DNA of 64,000 nt. Origin: Candidatus Parcubacteria bacterium (lineage in GTDB: Bacteria; Patescibacteriota; Saccharimonadia; UBA4664; JBIOIQ01). Of this stretch, positions 37,966-48,011 are shown piece after piece. The stretch is taken from assembly GCA_963718875.1 (NCBI GenBank), contig OY970378.1, positions 754,433-818,432 of the forward strand, read 5' to 3'. The notes beneath the pieces were generated by a model that did not search any database, had not been told where the DNA came from, and worked only from the letters and a program-made list of their open reading frames with translations. Both the position numbers and the translations under genes were made by a program. Within the stretch, counting starts at the first letter, position 1, and each line of letters starts with the position of its first letter.

Positions 37966-38005
37966 GGAAGTCCGACTTCCCTACCCGAGAGGAAGTCGGA
38001 CTTCC
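37966..38005. promoter_or_regulatory. two copies of the 15-bp palindrome GGAAGTCCGACTTCC, 10 bp apart, about 90-130 bp upstream of uvrA
   Basis: Read directly: GGAAGTCCGACTTCC-CTACCCGAGA-GGAAGTCCGACTTCC. Confidence 0.35.
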
Positions 38006-38112
38006 TGGGGGTATAAAACGAAATGCCCCTCCCAGGCATCTCGAGGTGAGTGCCTGAAGACTAAGGCCCGGTTCGACAACGATGTCGAACCGGGCCTTTT
38101 TATCCCCATGCT

Positions 38113-38625
38113 TCAGCCGAGCAGCTTGTGGATCACCCGGGCCGCTTCTTGACGCTTGACCACTAGAACGATCGCGAAGACTGCAACGACAAGGACGAGG
38201 ATAAAGATGGTCACTCTAGCTGGAGTATGCGAGATCAACCCCCAGGCGATAGTGCTGTAAATGATGGGCCACCAGACGGCACGCATCAGCTCAAAAGATC
38301 CAGAGAGGGCGTCGGCGACCCAGACACCTAGAATCAGCACCACGCCGAACCAAATCCAGAGGTCACCGGCGACCATCATGCCGATGAGCGGGCTGACAAG
38401 GAGTACGCGGTCAGACTGACCGTCAAGGTGGTAGCCAAACTCAGTTGCAACTCCCCACCTTTTGGCCAGGAAGCCATCGAGAAGATCACTTCCGAATCCG
38501 CCCACAACGAGCCAGATGGCGGCGGAGGTCCAGTGGTTTTCGATAATGAGAGTGTAGACATAAACCGCCATCAACAGCCGAAGCGCGCTAATGACATTGA
38601 CCGTGATGAGCTTGAAAGTTCTCAT
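38113..38625 (-). CDS. CDP-alcohol phosphatidyltransferase family protein; high-GC island gene
   Basis: D-G-x2-A-R...G-x3-D-x3-D motif (DGFLAKRWGVATEFGYHLDGQSDRV) in a multi-TM protein; GC-rich. Confidence 0.7.
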   Translation of the reverse strand: MRTFKLITVNVISALRLLMAVYVYTLIIENHWTSAAIWLVVGGFGSDLLDGFLAKRWGVATEFGYHLDGQSDRVLLVSPLIGMMVAGDLWIWFGVVLILGVWVADALSGSFELMRAVWWPIIYSTIAWGLISHTPARVTIFILVLVVAVFAIVLVVKRQEAARVIHKLLG

Positions 38626-38777
38626 GTCTTTTCTCCTGCTCGAGCTTTGGGATGTGCGAAGGGTGTTTATAATAACATACTTTCACGTAAAATACAATGT
38701 TTTACTGTCTGAAGAGGCAAAGAGCCCGGGTCGACGTCATTGTCGACTTGCGGGCTCTGTTGTTTTTCGCCTGTTCC

Positions 38778-39500
38778 CTACTTGGATCGGACCTTGCTCT
38801 TACCAGTCCGGTAGTTGTACTCGATATGGTCTCCAGTCTTGGTCATGGGGGCGATGGTGTCGAGGACTACCATCGAGACGAAGCCGGCGAAGCCGATGGC
38901 GAAGGTCAACGTGACCAACGTACTTCGTTGCGTGACCAGAAGCGGCACAAGTGCCGAGAGCATCCAGTAGGCCACAATGGCGAAGATGAAGGTGTGCCAG
39001 AGCTTGGAGGGGCTGAGCTCCTGCGCCATGGTGTAGTAGCCGCACTTGACCGGGGACAGCTCCATGAGCAGCGATAGGCCGAAGCCGAACGCTAGGAGGG
39101 TAAGGTGCCACCAGCGCTGGGTGTACCACCCGTTGGAGGGTGTCCAGGCCCGCAGAGCGTACCCCATCCCAATGAGGATCATTGGGATGAAGAGGGTGTC
39201 GTTGAAGCGGAAGGTCCAGTAGCGCGGAATCGTGGGGTCTCCCTCGACGAGGCGCCTGATCACGAGGATGGCCACGAAGTCGGCCAAGATCATGATGGCC
39301 GCGGCGGCGAATGGTCCCCACGGACGGGCGACCCAGCGGTAGATGTCGAGTGCTGGCAGAATGCCGGCGGAACGTGACTTGCCAGTGGCGGGCTTGGAGG
39401 CGGCGAGGAGCATCAGCTCCAGCGCTACAAACACGAAGAGCAGATAGATAGCAGTCCGACGGGGCATGACTCCTCCAGAGGGAGTAGTAGGGATATTCAA
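38778..39500 (-). CDS. polytopic membrane protein, hypothetical; high-GC island gene
   Basis: 240-aa hydrophobic ORF. The alternative frame 38800..39564 is Arg-rich and typical of an off-frame in GC-rich DNA. Confidence 0.5.
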   Translation of the reverse strand: MNIPTTPSGGVMPRRTAIYLLFVFVALELMLLAASKPATGKSRSAGILPALDIYRWVARPWGPFAAAAIMILADFVAILVIRRLVEGDPTIPRYWTFRFNDTLFIPMILIGMGYALRAWTPSNGWYTQRWWHLTLLAFGFGLSLLMELSPVKCGYYTMAQELSPSKLWHTFIFAIVAYWMLSALVPLLVTQRSTLVTLTFAIGFAGFVSMVVLDTIAPMTKTGDHIEYNYRTGKSKVRSK

Positions 39501-39586
39501 CTGTCAACAAAGTGCGAGAAACTATATTATAATAGCATACTTTCACGATAAATGCAAGGTCCAACGCTTGAACTCAATAACCTAAC

Positions 39587-39686
39587 TTGTCATCCCGGAC
39601 CGGAAGGCTTTAGCCGCTCCGGATCCGGGATCCACCAACTGTCGTGGATCCTGAAACGACCGTCAGTTGACGGTTCAGTATGACAA
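39587..39686. repeat. composite repeat element B: TTGTCATCC - 34-bp motif (inverted copy of 25874-25907) - 40-bp palindromic element - GTATGACAA
   Basis: Starts with CTTGTCATCC and ends with TATGACAA (inverted termini). Contains GATCCTGAAACGACCGTCAGTTGACGGTTCAGTATGACAA, 39/40 identical to copy A at 20611. Confidence 0.55.
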
Positions 39687-39694
39687 TTGACAAA

Positions 39695-40156
39695 TTAGCG
39701 AGTTATAGGCGATGTCGAGGAAGGTTTCTCGTGGATGCTTGGACTTGGGTTGCCGTAGTCGTCATATATGGAATAAACCTGGTTCTCAAAACACTGATAG
39801 CCCTTTTTGTGATACTGAGCACTCTGCCTAGAGTATGAAGAACGATAGCTCGGTGCGCCTTTGCTGGCATCTGTCACAAAAACGGCACATAATTTGTATT
39901 TGGTTGTGGATAAAGTGTTGTAGTCATACTTTTGAGCACGTTTAACGACGTCATTACTAAGACCGTCCAGACTACTAATGGCGACGGGAAGTCGGCGGTT
40001 GGTTCTGGCATAGTCTTCAATCTTATTTTGAATGTCGGAAAGGTCGTTGACTGTTTTTCGATCGGCCACCGGCCCGCGCGATCTAATTACCTGGTTCACT
40101 ATTGCTACGGAGCAAAAAATGATTAGAGCTGCAATGAATAGATAGTATTTTTTCAC
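39695..40156 (-). CDS. hypothetical secreted/anchored protein
   Basis: 153 aa, N-terminal hydrophobic helix. Confidence 0.4.
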   Translation of the reverse strand: MKKYYLFIAALIIFCSVAIVNQVIRSRGPVADRKTVNDLSDIQNKIEDYARTNRRLPVAISSLDGLSNDVVKRAQKYDYNTLSTTKYKLCAVFVTDASKGAPSYRSSYSRQSAQYHKKGYQCFENQVYSIYDDYGNPSPSIHEKPSSTSPITR

Positions 40157-40159
40157 GAG

Positions 40160-40924
40160 TTATGCCTTGTGATGTTGGTCGTTCCAATAGTACAAAAAGA
40201 TACCGCCGGCAATCGCAAAGGTAATGAGTGTGTGCACTAAGTTGGCAACTGCCGAGTTTGCGGCTATGCCGCTGCCTTCTAAAAATCCAAAAATGGAAAA
40301 GATTGAATATGATCGCTCACCATCGCCGTTTAGAAGGCTGAAAAAGTAACCAATTAGCTTAAATATACCGATTAAGAAAGTGATTACTAGGGTAAGGTGA
40401 ACAGCTTTGCGGCGCGAGGGGTCGCGTTTGAGTGTGGGGTCGGCTAGCTCGGCTTTTTTTAGACGAAGGAATAACCAACAGAATACCGGAAGAGCCACGA
40501 TTAGGGCTGAGGATGCATAAGAAACCAATGTATCACCGTTGGAGTAGCTAGAGTAATAGTTATTTGATGAGCTTGTATCGGCAAAAACGCTGTTTACAAA
40601 ATTGTGTAGCAAATTACCGATGGCGGAGGCAGAAATGTAGAGCGAAATAAACATAATTATGTACTCAAACCCGCGTGTAGACATACTTTGAACTACAGCT
40701 ACTGGAGCGGGGCTAACTGGATGACCTGGTGAGGCGGGTGGAGTTGGAGCGGCCTCAGTGGGTGGTGGTGGAGGTGGGGGTAGAGGCATGTCAAGGTTGG
40801 TAGTTAAGGCGGCATCGACTTGTTCTTCCGGCCAGCCTGATGCTAAGAGCATGGATTTGATATCTTCGTTTGAGGCCTTTAACTTTCGAGCCTGTTTAAC
40901 ATATTCGATGATTTCTGATTTCAA
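40160..40924 (-). CDS. hypothetical membrane protein with cytoplasmic N-domain, poly-Pro linker and 4-5 TM
   Basis: PLPPPPPPPTEAAPTPPASPGHPVSPAPV linker; hydrophobic C-terminal half. Confidence 0.45.
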   Translation of the reverse strand: MKSEIIEYVKQARKLKASNEDIKSMLLASGWPEEQVDAALTTNLDMPLPPPPPPPTEAAPTPPASPGHPVSPAPVAVVQSMSTRGFEYIIMFISLYISASAIGNLLHNFVNSVFADTSSSNNYYSSYSNGDTLVSYASSALIVALPVFCWLFLRLKKAELADPTLKRDPSRRKAVHLTLVITFLIGIFKLIGYFFSLLNGDGERSYSIFSIFGFLEGSGIAANSAVANLVHTLITFAIAGGIFLYYWNDQHHKA

Positions 40925-40977
40925 CTTTTTGCCTTGTTATAGAAAAAACTATAGTAAAGTTGCTTGTGCTTGTCAAC

Positions 40978-41982
40978 TTATACACGTCCCTCCAGCCGTT
41001 CCTGCCATGGAACTTGCTCAAGATGTGATGACAGATCAAATATATTTTGGATTTGATCAGGATCATACGGTTCCACATACCCAAGGACATTTATTGTTAC
41101 ACGGCCAAAATCTTGAGGGGCAGCATTAAGTTCCTCGTACATTTTTGTTAAAGATTGTGGATCGTCGCTAGTCGCATGACGAGCCACAATCTCTTTCGCT
41201 ATTTCAGCTCTGCGTAATCGAGACTCTGGCACCATGGTCTCTCTTAGCTTGCGAGCATTATCAGGCTCAACCCCTTGAGACAACGCAAACCTTTCTACCA
41301 TCATTTGCCCAAATCCTTCTGCAAAGCGTTCACTTTCCACGGTATGATCAATGTCCAAACCCCCGCCGGCCATTAAAGGCCTACTGATACCCCAAGCTAG
41401 TGCGTCGTTTGATAAGTCCGCTTTAAACTCCCTCACCCATTCAGTAGGGGGCTTAGGGCTTGCAGCATCAGCATAAGCCGCTTGAAATCCATGCCCGATC
41501 TCATGCCAAACAATCCAGCCAGTGGCCAGCTGTGAAGCTAACTCAGGAGCTATTTGGACGCCCGATTTTTGAATTGCCTCCTGCATCCAATTTGCAGATA
41601 GATCTATCATTATAGGAGCCATCTCAACTTCTGGCTCGCCGTCCTGTCCGGCAATTCTACCGCCCTGCCATTCCTCATAGCGGATAAAGCGGGCTTGGTC
41701 AGTTGCATATATACTTACTCCTTCAGGTTCAGCTATCTTATCCAGAATGGATTCAAAAGCAGTTCTTGTCTTCTCTCCTATCCTCAGTTTTGGCAGTAAT
41801 TCACGCCGAAATACCTCAACAGCCTGTAGTGTTGCGTCATGGACCTCTCTACCTTTTATTACGTCTACGGGCCTCTCCATCGGTCCTAGCTCGAGACTTA
41901 AACTTCTAGGGAAATTTTTAAGTTGGTTAGCAAAGCTGAGTGTTTGTTCGCTAGTTGGCTCTAAATGATCATTCTCGTTCAT
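40978..41982 (-). CDS. hypothetical protein with HExxH motif (putative zinc-dependent hydrolase)
   Basis: WIVWHEIGHGFQ in a 334-aa soluble protein; no family assignment possible by eye. Confidence 0.4.
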   Translation of the reverse strand: MNENDHLEPTSEQTLSFANQLKNFPRSLSLELGPMERPVDVIKGREVHDATLQAVEVFRRELLPKLRIGEKTRTAFESILDKIAEPEGVSIYATDQARFIRYEEWQGGRIAGQDGEPEVEMAPIMIDLSANWMQEAIQKSGVQIAPELASQLATGWIVWHEIGHGFQAAYADAASPKPPTEWVREFKADLSNDALAWGISRPLMAGGGLDIDHTVESERFAEGFGQMMVERFALSQGVEPDNARKLRETMVPESRLRRAEIAKEIVARHATSDDPQSLTKMYEELNAAPQDFGRVTINVLGYVEPYDPDQIQNIFDLSSHLEQVPWQERLEGRV

Positions 41983-41998
41983 TTATTGTTTCCATTAC

Positions 41999-43348
41999 TT
42001 AAGTGATGTTTGCAGGCACAAACCGCCGGCCGAGTAACTTTAAGGCGGCTGTGCGGTGCTGCCCTAGGCCAACGGTGTAAACAATTTTTCCATTTGGCAG
42101 ATTATAGCGATTAAGATTGATATTATTTGTCCCTTGACTGCCCCGGTAGACATACTCACCCGTAAGCATGGTGGCCGCTAATTCAACAATATAGTCGCGG
42201 CTATCCATTAACCCTTTTCCATGAGCTTGCTTCATAACTCCAGGGAGCGAGCTGCCATCCCAACTCAAAAAATCATTTGATTTAATTACTCTGTCCAGGT
42301 CAACTTCTTGAGTTAATTCTTCATCCGGAGTTTTTGGATTTGGAATTAAAGGCTTCGAGTCAGACTCTTCTGGCAAGTGGATCAGCGCGGCCGCCTCCTT
42401 CTGCCTCTCAAGCAATATTGGCTTTACTTCTAGTCTTAGCCAAGCTCTAAGCTCTGCTTCTAGTCGAGCACGAGACTCCTCCAGCACAGACAGATGACCC
42501 AATTCCTCTTCATAAACTGGGTCATGAATTGTACTTTCATCTTGAGCTAACCTATAAATGGTGACTTTTACTATCCGATTACTGAGATCACTTAAGCCAC
42601 AAGAAATTTCTTTCGCCTTTAACTCCGCTGCTATGTTTTTATACTGCTGATCGTCCTCAATACGGCTCAACTGCAAATTACCAGGCAAGTCAGGCTGAGT
42701 CTGCCGCTCTTTACTCTCCCAATCAAGATTGAGCTGCTCGGTGCTAGTTCGAGCCACTGAAGCTACCAGCTCATACACCCCTTGGGTTCCAAGTTGGTCA
42801 TAAGTAGTAGACAAAAGCAGCGCTTCGCCCTCATCCTCAAAAGAGGCAAGCCCACTGTACCGACTGTAAATTAAATCACTGTCTCTAGATCCTGGATGCC
42901 ACCGCCGTTGTAGCTGGCGACCGATAAGTTCACCATACTTACGAGCGGATGCTCCAGGCTCCGCGGCTTCAAGCTGCTTTAGTTCTGCCCTCAAAGCTGT
43001 CCTGTATACGTGAAGGCGACGCCTATAGCCATCGATAAGCTCGGAACGCACAATACTGTCTGGCGCAGAAGTTTCTGCTTTATAGTGGTCTATTTGTTCC
43101 TGACTCACCAATAGGCAAATTTGGTCGAAGCGGTCTACACCTTCTTCGGATGGCAGCTCTTGTAGCTTACGCTCAACTTTATGCCGGGCTAAATCTGAAA
43201 GTCTTTGATCTTTTTCGTCCTCGCGCCTAGCTACCTCAATTCTTATTTCTTCGGCACTTAACTCAGCTTGAATCGGCATAGGATTGGAGTCTCCCAGAAT
43301 TGGCGTAATGCTGTTTTCGCCTGGCTCGCCGTTTTGCTCAATGCTCAC
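41999..43348 (-). CDS. hypothetical protein (449 aa), charged/coiled-coil rich
   Basis: Track ORF; stop overlaps the uvrB start (43345-43348). Confidence 0.45.
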   Translation of the reverse strand: MSIEQNGEPGENSITPILGDSNPMPIQAELSAEEIRIEVARREDEKDQRLSDLARHKVERKLQELPSEEGVDRFDQICLLVSQEQIDHYKAETSAPDSIVRSELIDGYRRRLHVYRTALRAELKQLEAAEPGASARKYGELIGRQLQRRWHPGSRDSDLIYSRYSGLASFEDEGEALLLSTTYDQLGTQGVYELVASVARTSTEQLNLDWESKERQTQPDLPGNLQLSRIEDDQQYKNIAAELKAKEISCGLSDLSNRIVKVTIYRLAQDESTIHDPVYEEELGHLSVLEESRARLEAELRAWLRLEVKPILLERQKEAAALIHLPEESDSKPLIPNPKTPDEELTQEVDLDRVIKSNDFLSWDGSSLPGVMKQAHGKGLMDSRDYIVELAATMLTGEYVYRGSQGTNNINLNRYNLPNGKIVYTVGLGQHRTAALKLLGRRFVPANIT

Positions 43349-45342
43349 TTGAGACGCTTCGCCAAGGCCTTGTCGCCCATAGCCTCCTTGATTTCGGCAA
43401 TTTGATCACGCAGGGCTGCCGCTTTTTCGAACTGCAGGTTTTGAGAGGCCAAATCCATTTGGGCAGTCAAGCCTTTGATAAGATTCTTGCGCTCTTCTTT
43501 GGGAATAGCCTCGATATCAAATTTTTTGACATCAGCCGTCTCGGCTGCTTCCTCTTTTTGCATGCGTTCATGCATAGCTGATTGAATGCCGGCGGGCGTA
43601 ATGCCATGTTCAAGATTGTAAGCCTCTTGGATTTTGCGCCGTGCGGCCGTGGTATCTAGGGCGTATTTCATGGACTTAGTTATTTTGTCGGCATACATCA
43701 CGACCCGACCTTCCACATGCCTAGCGGCCCGGCCAATTGTTTGGACCAGTGCAGCCTCCCCCCGCAAAAAACCTTCTTTATCGGCATCCAAAATGGCCAC
43801 TAACGACACCTCCGGCAAGTCTAGCCCTTCCCGTAGTAGGTTAATGCCTACAACTACGTCATAGACACCTAGGCGTAAGTCCCTCAAAATATCACTACGG
43901 TCAAGGGTGTGGACCTCAGAGTGCAAATATTGGACTTTTATGCCGAGTTCTTTAAGATATTCAGTTAAATCTTCCGACATACGCTTGGTCAAAGTCGTAA
44001 CTAGAACCCGCTGGCCTTTGGCAATAGTAGCCCGAACTTCTGCCAGTAAATCATCTACCTGATGTTCTATTGGGCGCACCTCAATAATTGGGTCAATCAA
44101 ACCCGTGGGGCGAATAACCTGCTCAACCACCTGGGTGCTGCGGGATAGTTCATACTCCGATGGTGTAGCCGAGACATACACCACTTGGTTGAGGTGCCGA
44201 TCAAACTCGGCAAACTTGAGCGGCCGATTATCAAGCGCGCTGGGCAAACGAAAGCCGTATTCTACCAAGGTTTCTTTACGAGCACGGTCGCCGTTGAACA
44301 TACCTCGCACCTGCGGCACGCTCATGTGGCTTTCGTCAATAAACATTAAAAAATCGTCGGGGAAATAGTCCAGTAATGTGGCTGGCTGTTCGCCGGGCTC
44401 TCGGTTGCTTAAATAACGGGAATAATTTTCAATACCACTAACAAAACCAGTTTGCTCAATCATTTCCAAATCATATTTGGTACGTTGGCTTAGACGTTGG
44501 GCCTCTATCAGTCTGTCATTGCCCTTTAATTCTACCACTCGTTGGTCGAGGTCTTGTTTGATTTGGCTAACTGCAAGTTGCAGTTTTTCTTGAGGAGTAA
44601 CAAAGTGCTTACCGGGAAAAATCTTAATCTCGGCTGGCTGACTTAAAACTTCGCCCGTCAGCGGTTCAATTTGCTTGATTTTTTCTATAGTATCGCCAAA
44701 AAACTCCAGGCGATAAGCTGTTTCGCTGCCAATTGGAAAAATGTCGACGGTGTCCCCTCGCACTCTAAAGTTACCACGGGTAAAATCCATGTCGTTGCGA
44801 TGGTACTGGACGTCAGTTAGTTGACGTAAAAGTTTATCCCGCTTGCGAATTGACCCAGTTTCAACGTCAATCGTCATGGCTGTATAATCTTCGACATTTC
44901 CAAGGCCGTATATACAGCTAACTGACGCCACGATCAATACGTCCCGCCGAGTCAAAAGACTCATGGTGGCTGCATGCCGTAAACGATCGATTTCTTCATT
45001 GATAGAACTGTCTTTTTCAATAAAAGTATCGCTGCGCGGAATATAAGCTTCGGGTTGGTAGTAGTCATAGTAGCTTACAAAATATTGCACGGCATTGTCC
45101 GGAAAAAACTGGCGGAACTCACCATAGAGTTGCGCAGCTAAGGTTTTGTTGTGGGATAACACCAGAGTTGGGCGCTGTTGCTGCGCCACAATGTTGGCCA
45201 TGGTAAAAGTTTTACCAGAGCCAGTTACGCCCAACAAAGTCTGTTCGCGATCGCCACGATTTAGGCCTTCGACAAGCTTTTCGATGGCCTTAGGCTGGTC
45301 ACCGGTGGGTTTGTATTCGCTCTTCAGCTTAAAATCGGTCAT
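43345..45342 (-). CDS. uvrB: excinuclease ABC subunit B
   Basis: Helicase motifs (GVTGSGKT Walker A, DESH), beta-hairpin region, C-terminal UVR domain ([15 protein letters not shown]). Confidence 0.9.
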   Translation of the reverse strand: MTDFKLKSEYKPTGDQPKAIEKLVEGLNRGDREQTLLGVTGSGKTFTMANIVAQQQRPTLVLSHNKTLAAQLYGEFRQFFPDNAVQYFVSYYDYYQPEAYIPRSDTFIEKDSSINEEIDRLRHAATMSLLTRRDVLIVASVSCIYGLGNVEDYTAMTIDVETGSIRKRDKLLRQLTDVQYHRNDMDFTRGNFRVRGDTVDIFPIGSETAYRLEFFGDTIEKIKQIEPLTGEVLSQPAEIKIFPGKHFVTPQEKLQLAVSQIKQDLDQRVVELKGNDRLIEAQRLSQRTKYDLEMIEQTGFVSGIENYSRYLSNREPGEQPATLLDYFPDDFLMFIDESHMSVPQVRGMFNGDRARKETLVEYGFRLPSALDNRPLKFAEFDRHLNQVVYVSATPSEYELSRSTQVVEQVIRPTGLIDPIIEVRPIEHQVDDLLAEVRATIAKGQRVLVTTLTKRMSEDLTEYLKELGIKVQYLHSEVHTLDRSDILRDLRLGVYDVVVGINLLREGLDLPEVSLVAILDADKEGFLRGEAALVQTIGRAARHVEGRVVMYADKITKSMKYALDTTAARRKIQEAYNLEHGITPAGIQSAMHERMQKEEAAETADVKKFDIEAIPKEERKNLIKGLTAQMDLASQNLQFEKAAALRDQIAEIKEAMGDKALAKRLK

Positions 45343-45512
45343 ACTCTCAAGTATACCTCATCGATGTCTGACATCTCTGACCTAGACACATGTCAGACAT
45401 CCTCAACTGAGCTGATGCTTGCTTTGCCGAACAAAGCAGGGTTGGCTCAAGCCTTTTGGCCGGAAGCTGAACATTTGGTCTGGATGGGACGTTCGCTTCC
45501 TGTTTGCTAAGA

Positions 45513-46094
45513 TTAGCTTATAGGTTCAAATTTAACAGCTTTCAAAGCGTTGACTGTGTCGAGGTGACGCTGAGAAACTGCCGGATCATCCGAACAGGAA
45601 TTCTGCGGTCCAGATATTACGTAGTAGTACAATCCGACCTTTTGGACCTTAGGGTACTGTTCTATGGGAGTTTCATAAAGTTTTTCTCCGGCTTTTATCT
45701 GCATTAAGACTCCAGCAGACGTTACATCTGCTCCACATTGGGGCGAGGCCTGAGTTAATTTTAAGGTTGAGAAATAAATTGATGGAACACCTAAGGCGTA
45801 TCTATAAAGATAGGTTAGGCCATCTAACTGGGTGTTGACTTTGAACCGTACGCCAAGCTCAGGGATCACAAAGTAGCCGGCGTTTGGATCGGTTGCGGAG
45901 CTTGTTGATTTGGCAGCTGTGGGGGCTTTGTCAGGAAATGATAATTCGGCGGATGTGTTTGCTCCAATATAACGCTGCATAAATAACCACGTGCCAAAAA
46001 TTCCTATTCCTAGTCCCACGACGAATAGCATCACGAACCAAAAAGGTGTTGATGATCTTTTGCTTGGTGTTGGGGGAGACGATGCGTGGTCCAT
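45513..46094 (-). CDS. hypothetical secreted/anchored protein (193 aa)
   Basis: N-terminal TM/signal anchor, Cys pairs; first of three tandem genes of similar architecture. Confidence 0.45.
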   Translation of the reverse strand: MDHASSPPTPSKRSSTPFWFVMLFVVGLGIGIFGTWLFMQRYIGANTSAELSFPDKAPTAAKSTSSATDPNAGYFVIPELGVRFKVNTQLDGLTYLYRYALGVPSIYFSTLKLTQASPQCGADVTSAGVLMQIKAGEKLYETPIEQYPKVQKVGLYYYVISGPQNSCSDDPAVSQRHLDTVNALKAVKFEPIS

Positions 46095-46109
46095 GTATAT
46101 GCCCCTTAT

Positions 46110-46745
46110 TTAACTAGTAAACGTTAATGTCTTTTGAACCATCAAATCGAAATCACCTAAAACGTCTTGGGTGCCTGAAAATTGTTCATAAGTGCAGACA
46201 TAGGTTCGTCCTCTGACAAAAATGATATAACGAACTAATTTTGTACCTACAGCATAACCGGCTCCGGTAGTTGATTCTTTTGTAATGACAGCTGATTGCC
46301 GTTTCCCGACCGCGCCATCTAATACTACGTCTGATGACGTGTCTTTATCTGGATAACTGAGGCTCCTGTCGTATTGAGCGCGCAAATCGCCAACAAACGA
46401 AATTACAGATATCTGCCCGGTTACACCGCTATTGCATACCCCCATCCCTTGTTCGTCCGGACTGAGGGTAACATAGCCGTTCTCGCACCCATTGACTTTC
46501 CATGAAGCCGGATGTCTGAGAGAAAACTTGCTAATAGCATTATTGTACTTCGTCCATGAACCTGTTGGGTCTATAGATACGGGCGAGTTTTTCGCAGGCG
46601 TGAACGTGGATTCATTTGAGCTTTCATGCTTGATAGTATTATTCAAATAAGCCCATGTGGATAGAGCCCCAACACCAAATCCGGTAACAAAAATTAATAT
46701 TAGCCAAGCAGTATTTTTTTTAGTCGGCTCTCTTTGCTCTTCCAT
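46110..46745 (-). CDS. hypothetical secreted/anchored protein (211 aa)
   Basis: N-terminal TM/signal anchor, Cys residues. Confidence 0.45.
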   Translation of the reverse strand: MEEQREPTKKNTAWLILIFVTGFGVGALSTWAYLNNTIKHESSNESTFTPAKNSPVSIDPTGSWTKYNNAISKFSLRHPASWKVNGCENGYVTLSPDEQGMGVCNSGVTGQISVISFVGDLRAQYDRSLSYPDKDTSSDVVLDGAVGKRQSAVITKESTTGAGYAVGTKLVRYIIFVRGRTYVCTYEQFSGTQDVLGDFDLMVQKTLTFTS

Positions 46746-46822
46746 ATTGTCTTATTTTTATCCTTGCTTTCAAATGCGGGGCTATGTATACATACGATAT
46801 ACTATTTTCCTTACGCCAACAA

Positions 46823-47434
46823 TCAGAATGACTCAGTTGATGCTTCCTTGCAGACGCTCCCCACGGACTCATCCACTGTCTCAAACTCGATAGGCTTGTT
46901 TACTTTGGCAAACTTAATTATGTGGTATGGGCTTATAGGTGACGGCGGCATAACGCAGTTTTTGGGTGGCAGGCCATGGCGAATCCTAACTATCACTCTA
47001 TCTCCGTAATCGGAGGCTTCACTCATTTTGACCGCATAGCCTTTGGTTGGCTTAGCTCCAATTACGACTGCTACCACAATATTTTTAGTAAAATCCACTT
47101 GGATGATATTTGGAAAGGGAGTTATGTGAGCATGAGTACGTTTCCAAAAAGTCTGCCACTCCGATTGACTGGTAATAACGGTTCGCTCTGGGTTACTTGG
47201 CCCTTTGAGCGAAATTACTAGCGTATCGAAAGCTACGTTAATGAGGGCCTTTGAGGATGGCTCTGTCTGTTCAACCTGGCTACAGTCTCCGGGGCTGGTA
47301 GTGCTGGGTAAATACCCGTCGGGACATTCTTTTGTCTTAACAACAGGCGGTATAAAACTTATTATGATTATGACCGCATTTATAATAACTGCCATCAAAA
47401 CCCCATAGATAACTAGACGTTTTCTTATACTCAT
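46823..47434 (-). CDS. hypothetical secreted/anchored protein (203 aa)
   Basis: N-terminal TM/signal anchor, several Cys. Confidence 0.45.
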   Translation of the reverse strand: MSIRKRLVIYGVLMAVIINAVIIIISFIPPVVKTKECPDGYLPSTTSPGDCSQVEQTEPSSKALINVAFDTLVISLKGPSNPERTVITSQSEWQTFWKRTHAHITPFPNIIQVDFTKNIVVAVVIGAKPTKGYAVKMSEASDYGDRVIVRIRHGLPPKNCVMPPSPISPYHIIKFAKVNKPIEFETVDESVGSVCKEASTESF

Positions 47435-47441
47435 AGCTAAA

Positions 47442-48011
47442 TTAACTTTTTAATTTGCGATAACGGTGATCCGCCATAGCCACAACGTCTTGGACAAGCT
47501 TAGCTGGGTCAGTCCCAAAAATTATTCCGCTGCGGGAGCGTTTGGCGGCGGTTAAGACCGCTGCGACTTCATTGGTCATGCCTCCCGAGCCGAGGAGCAC
47601 ACCAACTGGCCGATGGTCTTCGAGCGCGATAGAGAGTTCGTTGAGTGTTCCAATGCGGCCTCCGACCATTATCATGGCGTCGCACATCCGTACCAGCAAA
47701 AGATCGCGGCCAGTGTAGTCAAACCCCGTGAACATTATAAGATCATATGCGTCTATGGGTAGGCGGTATTTATTAACATGGGCCATGCGACTGGCAGCTG
47801 GTGAAACGCCAATTGAAGTAACTTGATTTTTTTCGATTGCCTTGGCAGCAGCGGCGGCGGCATAAGGCAGGCCAGTCGTTGCACCGGTCAGAACAACGTG
47901 GCCCTGATTTACAATTTGTACTCCAACGATTTTGGCAAGGCCATAACCGATACGAACGCTTTCACCTTTGGCGGCGCCGGAAACGGCAATCTGATAACGT
48001 ATTTTAGTCAT
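47442..48011 (-). CDS. LOG-family / TIGR00725-like Rossmann-fold nucleotide-binding protein (putative nucleotide phosphoribohydrolase)
   Basis: GxGxxG-like N-terminus (IAVSGAAKGE) and the PGGxGTxxE-type motif MVGGRIGTLNELS. Confidence 0.6.
   Translation of the reverse strand: MTKIRYQIAVSGAAKGESVRIGYGLAKIVGVQIVNQGHVVLTGATTGLPYAAAAAAKAIEKNQVTSIGVSPAASRMAHVNKYRLPIDAYDLIMFTGFDYTGRDLLLVRMCDAMIMVGGRIGTLNELSIALEDHRPVGVLLGSGGMTNEVAAVLTAAKRSRSGIIFGTDPAKLVQDVVAMADHRYRKLKS

Noticed and set aside
38800-39564. 254-aa ORF in an alternative frame on the same strand as the 240-aa membrane protein
   Set aside because: Its translation is Arg/His-rich with no hydrophobic helices, as expected for an off-frame in GC-rich DNA. 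The 38778..39500 frame gives a coherent polytopic membrane protein.
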